A stretch of DNA of 64,000 nucleotides from Azolla caroliniana (Eukaryota > Plantae > Polypodiophyta): the NCBI GenBank assembly GCA_043228905.1, contig JBHGNT010000001.1, positions 16,430,001 to 16,494,000 of the forward strand, in the 5' to 3' direction. This document shows, in pieces, positions 1 to 12,252 of this stretch. The notes under the pieces are model-generated. The model saw only the letters and a list, made by a program, of their open reading frames with translations, made no database searches and was not told the origin of the DNA. The position numbers and the translations under genes are program-made. Position 1 is the stretch's first letter, and the number at the start of each line of letters is the position of its first letter.

Positions 1-807
1 GACAGAGACCTTCTTCATATCCATGGTGATGCCAGTGGGCGAGATGATGTAGCCTAGAAATTCAATCGAGGTACGGTCGAACTCGCATTTCTCGCCTTTG
101 GCATAAAGGCCATGCTTGCGAAGTTTGGCAAGAACTAATCGGACTTGGCGAGTGTGCTCCTCCATGTTTGGCGAGAAAATGAGAATATCATCGAGGTAAA
201 TGACAACAAAAAGATCAAGATATTCCCGGAAAATATCGTTCATCATATGTTGAAAAACTGTGGGAGCGTTAGTAAGACCAAAAGGCATTACCTTGTATTC
301 GAAATGCCCATACCGTGTTCGAAATGCGGTTTTCCATTCATCCCCCGGCTTGATGCGTACTAGATTGTACGCTCCACGCAGATCAACTTTGGAGAAGACA
401 CGCGCAACTCGGAGCCGATCAAGGAGTTTGGGGATCAAAGGTAGCGGATAGCGGTTGCACACAGTGAGTTTGTTGAGACCTCGGTAATCGACGCATAAGC
501 GTAGAGAGCCGTCCTTCTTCTTCACAAATAAAATGGGGGCCCCGGCTGGTGACTTAGAAGGTTGAATAAAGCCTTTCTCGAGGTTCTCATCGAGATACAC
601 ACGAAGGGCCTTCAACTCTGGTGCAGACAACGCATATAGAGGACCAAAGGGTGGACACGCACCTTCTTGAAGATCAATCGGACAGTCGTAGAGCCGGTGT
701 TCAGGCAACCGATCAGCATTACATTTTTCAAATACGTCGGAGAAGTGTTGGGATTTTTCGGGAATAACATGGAGTGTGTTAGAAATGGCGCCACAAACAA
801 ACCCATC

Positions 808-1317
808 CTAGACAGATGATGGGGTAGTCAATTCGGAGTCGACCATCTCCGAAGGATAGGAAACTGAATTTACCTTCATACTTTTGCACGAGCATCTTCG
901 CTTGCTAAATGTGATCGAGCGGTTGCACCAATCCACTATTGGATTGTGCGCCTCCAACCACGTTAGTCCTAAGACGATCGGATGTCGAGGAGATGCGATG
1001 AGGTAAAAGGCGAGCTCCTCTTGGTGTGAGCCCACCCGAAGCCCTAATGGGATTGTAGCTTGAGTAATTGCACCTGACGAGAGGACGCACCCGTCGATGG
1101 CTTCAACTGGAATGGGTTTTGAGAGGCCAACGACAGGTACGCCATGTGCTTGGGCAAACGCGACGTCGATGAAGCAAGAAGATGCCCCAAAATCAAGTAA
1201 AGCAACAGACTGAATGGAACTAGAGTTAAACGAAAGCCATACCTCCAATGTGAAATTGCCTGATGGTCCGGCAATGGAACCAAGAGAATGTGGGCGACGG
1301 GAGATGTCCAGTTGCAT
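808..1317 (-). pseudogene. gypsy aspartic protease (active-site DSG mutated to DFG), start of pol
   Basis: ALLDFGASS here versus ALLDSGATS in the second copy (54043-54420). PIVLGLTWL motif present. Frame is broken downstream. Confidence 0.85.
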
Positions 1318-1322
1318 GGCTC

Positions 1323-2339
1323 CTACTGCAACCGAACGATGTCGTTTTCCGGATGTTGGGGTCCGTTAGCTCGATGGAATTGTGGGCGAGTACTCCTAGG
1401 ACAATGGCGAACGACATGACCGGAGGCGCCACAATACATGCACAAGCCATTAGCCCGCCGAAATTGTCGTTCAACATCAGTCAATGGCCGAAATCGGGCT
1501 TGATCAATTTCCATGGGGACAGGAGCATCTGCCGAAGTAGGCGAGTGTGAGGATGCTTGGGGTTGTATGACCGGGGCGTGGCGTGGAAGTGAATGAGGTG
1601 GAACCCAAGTCCGGCGCTCTTCTTGGCGAAATTTGAAAAGACGATTGTCACAATGGACTGCTTGTGAAATCGCTTGGGATAACGAGGTGGGCTCCAGAAA
1701 GTTTAAGAGAAGATTCTTGACATTGCTTCGAAGACCGCGCCGAAAGTGATCAGCTAAAGCTTGATCATCCCAATTGACGTCGCATGCTAGTTGTCGAAAT
1801 TCGGAAGCATAGACCGAAGCTGCACGTGAACCTTGTTCGAGTGCATAAATCTTGTTAAGAGTTGTACGTCGTCGGTCCGTCTCTCCAAATGTGGCCTCTA
1901 ACTCGGCGAGGAAGGTGGGAAAGTCCTCCAATAAAGGTGATGAGGTTTCTACCAATGGTGCAAACCAAGCTTGGGCCGGACCGGAGAGAAGGGTGCCCAC
2001 AAGGCCGACTTGCCGAAGACCATCTCCATAACGTTGAGGTTGTAGCCGAATGATAAGTCGAACTTGGTTGATGAACCCTCGGAAACGCGACCTCGTTCCA
2101 TCAAATTTTTCTGGGAGGCTAACCTTAGGCTCAAGAAACTGTGACGAAGCTAGGCTAGATGTTGGTAGAAGATCGGGCTCTAGGCTAGGTTGTTGTGGGA
2201 GACTAGGGATCGGGGGTTGTGAGGATAGGGAGGTACCGACTTGAAGTTCTTGTAAAGAATTTCGAAGAGCTTCATTTTCAAGCTGTAGTTGTCGTAAGGC
2301 TACCATTATTTGGCCTAACTCACTAGTTGAGTCGGACAT
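1323..2339 (-). CDS. gypsy Gag (338 aa, open)
   Basis: ORF track shows PEKFDGTR, QG-x-SVYASEF and PMEID motifs plus a CCHC zinc knuckle. Confidence 0.9.
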   Translation of the reverse strand: MSDSTSELGQIMVALRQLQLENEALRNSLQELQVGTSLSSQPPIPSLPQQPSLEPDLLPTSSLASSQFLEPKVSLPEKFDGTRSRFRGFINQVRLIIRLQPQRYGDGLRQVGLVGTLLSGPAQAWFAPLVETSSPLLEDFPTFLAELEATFGETDRRRTTLNKIYALEQGSRAASVYASEFRQLACDVNWDDQALADHFRRGLRSNVKNLLLNFLEPTSLSQAISQAVHCDNRLFKFRQEERRTWVPPHSLPRHAPVIQPQASSHSPTSADAPVPMEIDQARFRPLTDVERQFRRANGLCMYCGASGHVVRHCPRSTRPQFHRANGPQHPENDIVRLQ

Positions 2340-2389
2340 AGCTATGGCTTATGACAGGGAGAGCTATGAGGATGGGAAGGTGAACAAAA

Positions 2390-2713
2390 TGTCACGGATC
2401 ATAAACTCAAGAGACAACCAAGAAGATAACCAAATGGACAAGAAAGAAGATAGTACTAAAGGAAAGACTCCATAACTGGTGTTGTTCACCTTGAATTCCT
2501 TCAAGGTGAACTCCTCTATTTATACTACATGGCATGCATACTTGTTGCACGCATGTGAATCTACAATAGAGCATGTAGGTATGCATGCATGTGCCAAGTG
2601 TAAATACTACAAGGGAACAACTATGCACATGATGCTAGCAAAATAATAAGGACCAATTACATACATAACTAGTACTACATATCTTGGTTAACTCATAATA
2701 GTAGATTATAACA
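2390..2713 (-). repeat. 5' LTR of the gypsy element (324 bp)
   Basis: Minus strand begins TGTTAT and ends GTGACA. TATAAATA at 2517-2524 (minus). Followed by a non-tRNA PBS. Confidence 0.8.
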
Positions 2714-5700
2714 TGGTCGTGTCAAGAGTTCGAATCTTGACACTTACTTCCATTTCTCATTTCTTCTGTGTTTGATTATCATTAAGTGATCTAAGTCTCG
2801 GTTGTGGCCGAAGATTATTCCGCATATTCTCTTCAATCTGGTATCAGAGCGAAATGACACAGAAAATGGAAGATTCGTTGGGAGGCATGTTCAAGCTCAC
2901 CGGCTCCAACTACTCAGTGTGGAAGTCGAAGATGAGGGACATGCTCGTGGTGAAAGATCTTTGGTTGTCGGTTCAGTTCGGGGACAAGAGACCGGACAAG
3001 ATAGACGCCACGGTGTGGGAGGTGATGCACATGAAGACAACAGCTTACATCCGGTGCTTCATCGACATGAGCCTGTACAAAAACTTCAATGAAGAGAGCA
3101 AGGCTCATGAGCTCTGGGAGAAGATTGGCATCATGTTCCAGAACAAGAATGTCGTTAATCAAGTTTCGGTATTCCGGAAGCTAGTGCGGCTTCGGTACCA
3201 AGATAGCTCTTGTATGGCGGAGCACATGAATGCCTTCCAGGGGCTGATACATCAAGCAACCTCGTTGGAAGTACCTCTTGCCGATGAGGTACTAGCATTA
3301 CTCCTGCTCAGTTCCCTCCCGGATAGTTGGGAGACGTTAGTTGTCACTTTGGGCAACGCCGGGCTGGAAGGAAAACCGTTATCCCTAGTAAGAGTCGAGT
3401 CGAGCTTGCTAGATGAGGAGGCATGTCGGAAAGACAAAGATACGATCTCCGACTCCAAAGTGCTCCTTACCGAATCAGAATGCGGAAGACAAAGGAACCA
3501 TAGTCCCCAGAACCGGGAAAAGTCAGGGACACAGTCAAATTCAAGGGGGAGGCCTACTTGCTTCTATTGCAGCAAGCTGGGACACTTCTAGAATAACTGC
3601 CGGCACTTCCGAAAAGACAAGGAAACCGACAGTACCGATTCGAAGCGGTCACCGGACCGGAACGGTAAAGATCGGAGGGAACCGAACCGGAAGGGAACAA
3701 CGGTAATCGCGGCAAGTGAAGAAGAGTTGATGCTCATCACCGAGGAGAGTGAGTTGAACCTTGCCGGTGACAAGACAATGTGGGTTGTCGATTCCGGAGC
3801 GTCATTCCACCTAACCCCGGACCAGAAATGCTTCTCATCCTACACAACTGGTGAGCACGGTTGTGTCCAGATGGGGAAGGAAGGTACATGCCGAATTTTC
3901 GACATGGGAGACGTGTGGTTGACAACACCAACCGGATGCAAGTTGCTATTGAAGGATGTCTGACACATTCCGGAGGTTCGATTGAACCTAATATCAACCG
4001 ATCAGCTAGATGATGAAGGCTACACGGGTAGCATCCGGAACGGTGTCATGAAGTTCAGCAAAGGGAGCCTGATAGTGGCTCGGGCCCGGAAAATCAACAC
4101 ATTGTACCTGATGAATGCCTGGTTATGCCCGGAAGAAGTGGGTGTGGCATCCAACACTACCGGTGAGTTGTGGCACAAGAGACCGTGTCACATGAGTGAG
4201 AAGGGGATGAAGAGGCTTGCCGAAGACAGCCTCATTCCGGTGAAGGACGTGCATCTTGAGAGGTGCACCAACTTCCTGGCCAGTAAGCAAAACCGGACCT
4301 CCTTCCGATCAAGGTCACTGATGAGACGTAATGCACCACTGGAAGTGGTGCATACTGATGTGTGTCAAGTGGACACGACGTCACATGCCGGATCACAGTA
4401 CTTCGTGACATTCATAGACGACCACAACCGGAAGTTGTGGGCCACACCGTTGAAGACGAAGGATCAAGTGTTATACGTCTTCAAGGAGCTCCACGTGAGA
4501 GTAGAAAGAGAAACTGGTCGGAAGCTGAAGGCGGTTCGAGCAGATAATGGAGGAGAATATCGGGGGCAGTTTGAGGAGTACTGCCGCTCGAAGGGAATCC
4601 GGTTCAAATTTACCGTGCCGAAGACGCCGGAACTCAATGGGCTGGCCGAGAGGATGAACCGGACCATAATGGAGAGGGTCTGGAGTATGCTAGCACATGC
4701 AAAGCTACCCAAGACGTTTTGGGCTGAGGCACTGGCGACAACGACGTACGTGATAAATAGATCACCCTCAGTGCCCTTGGACGGAGACACGCCTTAGAGA
4801 GTGTGGACCGGTAAGGAAGTGTCTTACCGACATCTGAAGGTGTTCGGGTGTCTCGCTTACGTGCATGTGGCAAAGGACCAAAGAGAAAAGTTGAATCCAA
4901 AGTCCTGGCCTTGCATATTCCTCGGATACGGCGATGATGAGTTAGGCTACCGAGTGTGGGACCATGTCGACAAGGTGTTCTAGAGTCAAGATATTATCTT
5001 CATGGAGGACAAGACTCTTGCCGACTAGGAGTTGGAGAAGAAGATAATGAACTCCGAGTCGACCGGAAAGGACCGATTCGATGAGATACGGACCTACCCG
5101 GCTAAGAGCCGGTTGACACTCGAAGAACCAGCCGGTTACGGAGAGGACACTGAACTGGCAGAAGAAGAAGAGGAATCAGGAACCGGAACCGGCCAAGATC
5201 CCGAATTGGATTCGGATGAAGAACAAATAGAGGAGCCGGTTGCTGAAAACCAAAGACACAGATATCCTCTCAGAGAGAGAAGGTCCCCCCAGAGATTTCG
5301 GAATGCAGAGCACGTGTTGCTGACCGATGAGGGGGAGCCGAAAAGCTTCGAAGAAGCAAAGGAGGACACCCACAGCCGCAAGTGGTTGAGTGCCATGTAC
5401 GACGAGATGGATTCCCTGCATGAGAACCACACGTATGAACTGGTGGAGTTGCCGAAAGGAAAGCGGGCACTCCGGAATAAGTGGGTGTACAAGTTGAAAC
5501 TGGGAGATGTTGGCAACCCCCCAAGGTACAAAGCAAGGATCGTGGTGAAGGGGTTCCAGCAGAAGAAGGGAGTGGACTTCAACGAGATATTTGCCCCAGT
5601 AGTAAAGATGACTTCCATTTGGACAGTGCTGAGCATAGCGGCAAGCATGGACCTCGAGGTAGAGCAGTTAGACGTGAAGACAGCCTTCCTCCACGACAAC

Positions 5701-5762
5701 CTTGAAGAGGAGATCTACATGCAGCAACCGGAGGGATTTGTGAAGAAAGGGAAGGAGCACCT

Positions 5763-6374
5763 TGTTGGAATTACGGTCCCTTCGGATGGGATGGTCGGAT
5801 GTCGGAGATGAATGCCGACAAGCCCGGTTTCGGTTTCGGAACCGGATGATGAAGACCCCGACTTCGGAGCCGGATGACGAATGTACCCGGAGAGCGATCC
5901 GAATGCAGGGACATATCCGTGAATATGTCTGCTATGGGCCCCTGAGGCTATAGTTGTAAATAGCCCCAAAGTCATATATATATAAATATGACTTAGGGCA
6001 AACTGTTTTAGTGTTGTTGATCATTTTTCTGTTTTTCCACTCAAGAGGAGTGAAGAGGGAGCAGCCGTGAGAGAGAGAGAGAGAGATAGAGCGCGAGAGA
6101 GGAAGTGGACGACGCCTCTGTGTATTTCCGCCGCCTGTGGCGAGGACAGCGAGCTCAAGGTCGTCGCCTTGCAGCTCGTCATTGTATACTTCTCGTTGTA
6201 TAGTGTTGGCTTGGAGTCTTGTACTCCCGTGGTTTTTCCCATCTAGGGTTTTCCACGTAAATCCCTGTGTACTCGTGTGTTTCTCTCTTTGGTTCCTATT
6301 TTCTGCTGCATTGATTCGCAATTACTTGGTTGTGGCCGAGTGGTGAAGGTGAATAGAAGCGCCTATTCCCAACA
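5763..6374 (+). repeat. 5' LTR of copia B (612 bp)
   Basis: TGTTGG...CCAACA termini; direct repeat of 10489-11095. Confidence 0.97.
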
Positions 6375-6404
6375 AACTGGTATCAGAGCGAGTTGCTGCA
6401 GAAA

Positions 6405-9400
6405 ATGGAAGGCGGCGGCAGCGGGCAGCCGGGGATGATGGTGCTGACTGCGCAGAACTACACCGACTGGAAGATCAAGATGGAGGATCTTCTGATTGTT
6501 CGGGACCTGTACGAACCGATTGACAGGTCGGAAATACCGAAGGGGGTACTTGAGTCGGAGTGGAAGCTCCTGAACCGGAAAGCCGTAGCGACGATCCGAC
6601 AATATGTCGATGTAAGCGTCCTACAACATGTGGCGAACGACACCAACGCATATGAGATGTAGAAGAAGCTGTCGGGCCTCTACGAGAGGAAGAATGCGTT
6701 GAACCGGACCTCCCTGATGAGGAAGATAGTGAACCTCAAGTACCGGGACGGCGAGAGTATGGTGGAACACGTAAGCACGTTCATGGGATTCGTGAATCAG
6801 CTTGCGGCGATCAAGTTCCCGTTGGAGGATGCAATGCAAGCCATCATCCTGATGTGTACATTGCCGGAAAGCTGGGAGAACTTGGTGGTGACTCTCAGCA
6901 CCTCCTGCACCGAAGATAACTTGTCCTTACAAACGGTAAAGACAAGTATTTTGAACGAAGAAGCGCGTCGGAAAGATAAAGAACCGGTCTCCGACTCGAA
7001 GGCGCTGCTTACCGAATCGGATCGGGGAAGACAATGGAACCGGAGTCCGCAAAGACGGGAGAAGTCGGGGACCCGGTCGCAGTCAAGAGGAAGGCCCACA
7101 TGCTTCCACTGTGGGAAGCCGGGGCACTTCCGAAAGAATTGTCGGCATTACCGAAAAGACAACGGAGCCGACGACACCGATTCGAAGAAGTCACCGGAGA
7201 GAAACGGTGCATACCGGGGAGCCACGGACCGGAGAGGTTCGGATCGGCGAGGGCAGGACCAGAAAGGAACAACGGCACTCGCAGCAAGTGAGGAAGAAAT
7301 CATGCTCATCACCGAAGAAGGTGAACTAAACATTGCCGGCGATGAGACGACCTGGGTGGTCGATTCCGGAGCATCGTTCCACCTGACCCCGGAGAGAAGA
7401 TACTTCTCATCCTACACAGCCGGTGAGCATGGCTGTGTTCGGATGGGAAATGAAGGTACGTGCCGGATTGCCGGCATAGGAGACGTGTGGTTGACAACCC
7501 CGACCGGATGCAAAATGCTGCTGAAGGATGTCCGACATGTTCCGGAGGTTCGATTGAACCTGATTTCGGCCGGGAGGCTAGACGATGAAGGCTACACAGG
7601 TAGCATCCGGAACGGCGTAATGAAGTTCAACAAGGGGAGCCTGATAGTGGCTCGGGCCCGGAAAGACAACACATTGTACCTGATGAATGCCCGGTTATGT
7701 CCGGAAGAGCTGAATGTGGCAGCCGACACTGCCGGTGAGCTGTGGCACAAAAGACTGTGCCACATGAGTGAGAAGGGGATGAAGAGGCTTGCAGAAGACA
7801 ACCTTATTCCAGTGAAGCATGTGCACCTGGAGAAGTGCACCGATTGCCTGGCCGGTAAGCAGAACCGAACCTCCTTCCACTCAAGGCCACCGACGAGACG
7901 TAGCGCACCATTGGAGTTGGTGCACACCGACGTGTGTCAGGTAGAAACGAAGTCACATGGCGGAGCCCAGTACTTCGTAACATTCATAGATGATCACAGC
8001 CGAAGACTGTGGACGGCACCGTTGAAGACAAAGGACCAAGTGTTGTGCGTCTTCAAAGAACTCCACGCGAGAGTGGAAAGGGAATCCGGCAAGAAGCTGA
8101 AAGCGATACGAGCGGATAACGGAGGGGAATACCGGGGGCAGTTCGCGGAGTACTGTCGCTCGAAGGGAATCCGGCTCGAGTTTACTGTGCCGAAGACGCC
8201 GGAACTGAACGGGCTGGCCGAGAGGATGAACCGGACCATAATGGAGAGGGTCCGGAGTATGCTGGCGCATGCGAAATTACCCAAGGGGTTTTGGGCTGAG
8301 GCGATGTCGACGGCGACATACGTGATAAACAGATCACCCTCAGTACCTTTGGACGGAGACACGCCGCAGAGAGTGTGGACCGGTAGGGAAGTATCCTACC
8401 GGCATCTGAAGGTGTTCGGGTGTCTCGCATACGTGCATGTGGCAAAGGACCGGAGAGGAAAGCTAGATCCAAAGACCCGGCCATGCATATTCCTCGGATA
8501 CGGCGACGACGAGTTCGGCTACCGAGTATGGGACCCGGTTGACAAGAAGATATTCAGGAGTCGAGACATCATCTTCATGGAGGACAAGACACTCGCCGAC
8601 TGGGAGTCGGAGAAGAAGATGAAGAGCTCCAAGTCAACCGGTGAGGATAAACTCTACGAGGAGCAGTCCCGACCGGCAAGGGACCGGTTAGCACTCGAGG
8701 ATCCGGCCGAAGACGGTGAAGAAACCGAACCGGCCGAAGAAGACGAAAATGATACCGGAACCGGCCCCGATCCCGAAATGGATTCGGATGAAGAAGAATC
8801 GGAAGAACCGGTTACCGAAGCTCCGGAACGGAGATATCCTCTAAGAGAGAGAAGGGCCCCCCGGAGATTTCCGGAACCAAAGCACGTGCTGCTAACCGAC
8901 GAGGGGGAGCCGGAGAGCTTTGAAGAAGCAAAGCATGACACCCAGAGCCGCAGGTGGTTGAGTGCCATGCAGGACGAGATGGATTCCCTGCATGAGAACC
9001 ACACATATGAACTTGTGGAGTTGCCGAAAGGAAAGCGGGCACTTCGAAACAAGTGGGTGTTCAAGCTGAAACCTGGAGATGCCGGAAACCCCCCGAGATA
9101 CAAAGCCAGGATCGTGGTGAAGGGGTTTCAGCAGAAGAAGGGCGTCGACTTCGACGAGATATTTGCTCCGGTAGTGAAGATGACCTCCATCCGAACGGTG
9201 CTGAGCATAGCGGCAAGCATGGACCTCGAGGTAGAACAGATGGACGTGAAGACGGCATTCCTTCACGGTGACCTCGAAGAAGAGATCTACATGCAGCAAC
9301 CGGAAGGATTCGAGAAGAAAGGGAAGGAGCACCTGGTATGCCGGTTGAAGAAGAGCCTTTACGGACTGAAGCAGGCTCCCCGGCAATGGTACCGGAAGTT

Positions 9401-10478
9401 CGACTCCTTCATGACCGACGAAGGGTACCTCAAAACGCAGTCCGACCACTGCGTGTTTGTGAAGAAGTTTGAAGGAGGAGACTCTCTAATACTCCTCCTG
9501 TACGTGGACGACATGTTGATCGTCGGACGGGATCAGGTCAAGATACGGATGCTGAAGAAGGCTCTTCACCGAACCTTCTCAATGAAGGACCTGGGTCCGG
9601 CGAGGCAAATACTAGGGATGCACATCATCCGGGACCGGAAGAAGAAGCAGTTGTGGCTGTCACAGGAGAAGTACGTGACGAAGGTGCTTCACCGGTTCAA
9701 CATGTCGGAAGCAAGACCGGTCGGATCGACCCTCCCGACAAACTGCAAGCTGTCCAGCAAGCAAAGTCCCAAGACAAAGGCTGAAAAGGAGGATATGATG
9801 AAAGTACCGTATGCCTCAGCCGTCGGGAGCTTGATGTACGCCATGGTGTGTACGAGACCGGACATCGGATATGCAGTCGGAGTGGTGAGCCGGTACATGA
9901 GCAATCCCGGCAAAGAGCATTGGAACGCGGCCAAGTGGATACTCCGATACCTGAAGGGCACAGCAAACGTGTGCCTCCGATTCGGCTCCGGTAAGCCCGA
10001 ACTCGACGGCTTCACCGATTCGGATATGTCGGCTGATGCAGATACCAGCCGGTCCACATCAGGGTATGTGATGACGTATGCAGGGGGAGCTGTTTCGTGG
10101 CAGTCGAGGCTCCAGAAGACGGTTGCGTTGTCAACCACGGAGGCGGAGTACATGGCAGCTGTTGAAGCCGGCAAGGAAATAATATGGATGAAGGACTTCA
10201 TTAGAGAGCTCGGTATCCGGCAGGAGGAGTACCGACTCTACTGCGACAGTCAGAGTGCAATCCACCTTGCGAAGAACGCGGCCTATCACTCCCGGACGAA
10301 GCACATCCAGCGTAGATATCACTGGATCCGGGAAAGGATAGAAGACAAGGAGTTCGTGCTGACAAAGATCCACACGGACGAGAACGGGTCGGATATGCTG
10401 ACCAAGGTGCTCACACCCGACAAGCTGGAAGCATGCCGAAAGAGGATCGGATTGGAAAGACATCCCATGCCGAAGTGA
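6405..10478 (+). pseudogene. copia Gag-Pol polyprotein (gag, ZnK, PR, INT, RT, RNase H; ~1357 codons) with a single premature TAG at 6660-6662
   Basis: ORFs 6393-6662 and 6699-10478 are in the same frame. Motifs CFHCGKPGHFRKNC, WVVDSGAS, HTDVC/DNGGEY, YVDDML and RTKHI. Confidence 0.95.
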
Positions 10479-10488
10479 AGGGGGAGTT

Positions 10489-11095
10489 TGTTTACGGTCC
10501 CTTCGGATGGGATGGTCGGATGTCGGAGATGAATGCCGACAAGCCCGGTTTCGGTTTCGGAACCGGATGATGAAGACCCCGACTTCGGAGCCGGATGACG
10601 AATGTACCCGGAGAGCGATCCGAATGCAGGGACATATCCGTGAATATGTCTGCTATGGGCCCCTGAGGCTATAGTTGTAAATAGCCCCAAAGTCATATAT
10701 ATATAAATATGACTTAGGGCAAACTGTTTTAGTGTTGTTGATCATTTTTCTGTTTTTCCACTCAAGAGGAGTGAAGAGGGAGCAGCCGTGAGAGAGAGAG
10801 AGAGAGATAGAGCGCGAGAGAGGAAGTGGACGACGCCTCTGTGTATTTCCGCCGCCTGTGGCGAGGACAGCGAGCTCAAGGTCGTCGCCTTGCAGCTCGT
10901 CATTGTATACTTCTCGTTGTATAGTGTTGGCTTGGAGTCTTGTACTCCCGTGGTTTTTCCCATCTAGGGTTTTCCACGTAAATCCCTGTGTACTCGTGTG
11001 TTTCTCTCTTTGGTTCCTATTTTCTGCTGCATTGATTCGCAATTACTTGGTTGTGGCCGAGTGGTGAAGGTGAATAGAAGCGCCTATTCCCAACA
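10489..11095 (+). repeat. 3' LTR of copia B (607 bp)
   Basis: Appears identical to the 5' LTR by eye, except for a 5-bp deletion right after the initial TGT. Confidence 0.97.
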
Positions 11096-12252
11096 CACCT
11101 GGTTTGCTGGTTGAAGAAGACCCTCTACGGTTTGAAGCAGGCTCCTCGGCAATGGTACCGGAAGTTCGACTCCTTCATGACCGATCAGGGGTACCACAAG
11201 ACGCAGGCTGATCACCGCGTATTTGTGAAGAAGTTTGAAGATGGAGACTTCTTAATACTCCTCCTGTACGTGGACGACATGTTGATCGTCGGACGAGACC
11301 AAGTCAAGATACAGATGCTGAAGAAGGCCCTAAACCGGACCTTCTCAATGAAAGACTTGGGTCCAGCAAGACAGATATTGGGGATGCATATCATCTGGGA
11401 CCGGTCAAAGAAGCAATTGTGGTTGTCACAGGAGAAGTACGTGACAAAGGTGCTTCGGTGGTTCAACATGTCAGATGTGAAACCGGTCGGATCGACACTC
11501 CTAGCAAACTACAAGTTATCCTGTAAGCAAAGCCCGAAGACGAAGGCAAAGAAGGTGGATATGATGAAGATACCATATGCCTATGTCGTTAGGAGCTTAA
11601 TGTACGCAATGGTGTGTACCCGACCAGATATTGGATACGCAATCGGAGTGGTAAGCTGGTTTATGAGCAATCCCGGCAAGGAGCACTGGAATGCGGTAAA
11701 ATGGATACTCTAGTACTTGAAAGGCACCTCAAGTATGTGTCTCCGATTCGGCTCAAGTAAACCCCAACTTGACGGTTTCACTGATTCGGATATGTTGACT
11801 AATGCGGATACCAACCGGTCAACATCAAGATATGTTATGACATGCATGGGGAGCTATTTCGTGGCAGTCAAGGCTACAGAAGATAGTTGCGTTATCAACC
11901 ACAGAGGCGGAGGACATGGCAAATGTGGAAGCCGGCAAGGAAATATTGTGGATGAAGGACTTCATCGAAGAGCTAGGGATCCGACAAGAGGAATATCGGC
12001 TCTACTATGATAGTCAGAGTGTCATCCACCTTGCAAAGAACGCTGCCTATCATTCCAGGAAAAAGCACATCTAGCGTAGGTACCACTGGATCTGGGAGCG
12101 AGTTGAAGATCGAGAGTTTGTGCTGATGAAGATCCACACGGAGGAGAACGGGTCGGATATGCTGACCAAAGTGCTGACACCCGACAATCTAGATGCATGC
12201 AAGAAGAGGATCGGATTGATGGGGCATCCCATGCCGGAGTGAAGGGGGAGTT

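Larger units (their letters stand above)
1..2713 (-). mobile_element. Ty3/gypsy LTR retrotransposon (Tf1/sushi/Tcn1-like), 5' part: LTR, gag, protease, RT; continues off the left edge
   Basis: Gag ORF 1323-2339 has a retrotrans_gag-like region and a CCHC knuckle (CMYCGASGHVVRHC). The protease ORF is 808-1317. RT motifs on the minus strand of 1-800 include [26 protein letters not shown] and [11 protein letters not shown]...CA LTR at 2390-2713. Confidence 0.93.
5763..11095 (+). mobile_element. Ty1/copia element B, full-length and young, nested in the RT of element A
   Basis: LTRs at 5763-6374 and 10489-11095. TSD CACCT at 5758-5762 and 11096-11100. PBS 6378-6389, PPT ~10477-10486. One reading frame 6405-10478. 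Confidence 0.98.

Noticed and set aside
5932-6346. Identical small ORFs at 5932-6346 and 10653-11067
   Set aside because: They result from LTR identity and are not genes.
6660-6668. Programmed stop-codon readthrough in copia B gag
   Set aside because: The context TAG-AAGAAG is not the CARYYA readthrough motif, and the related element has TGG at this position.
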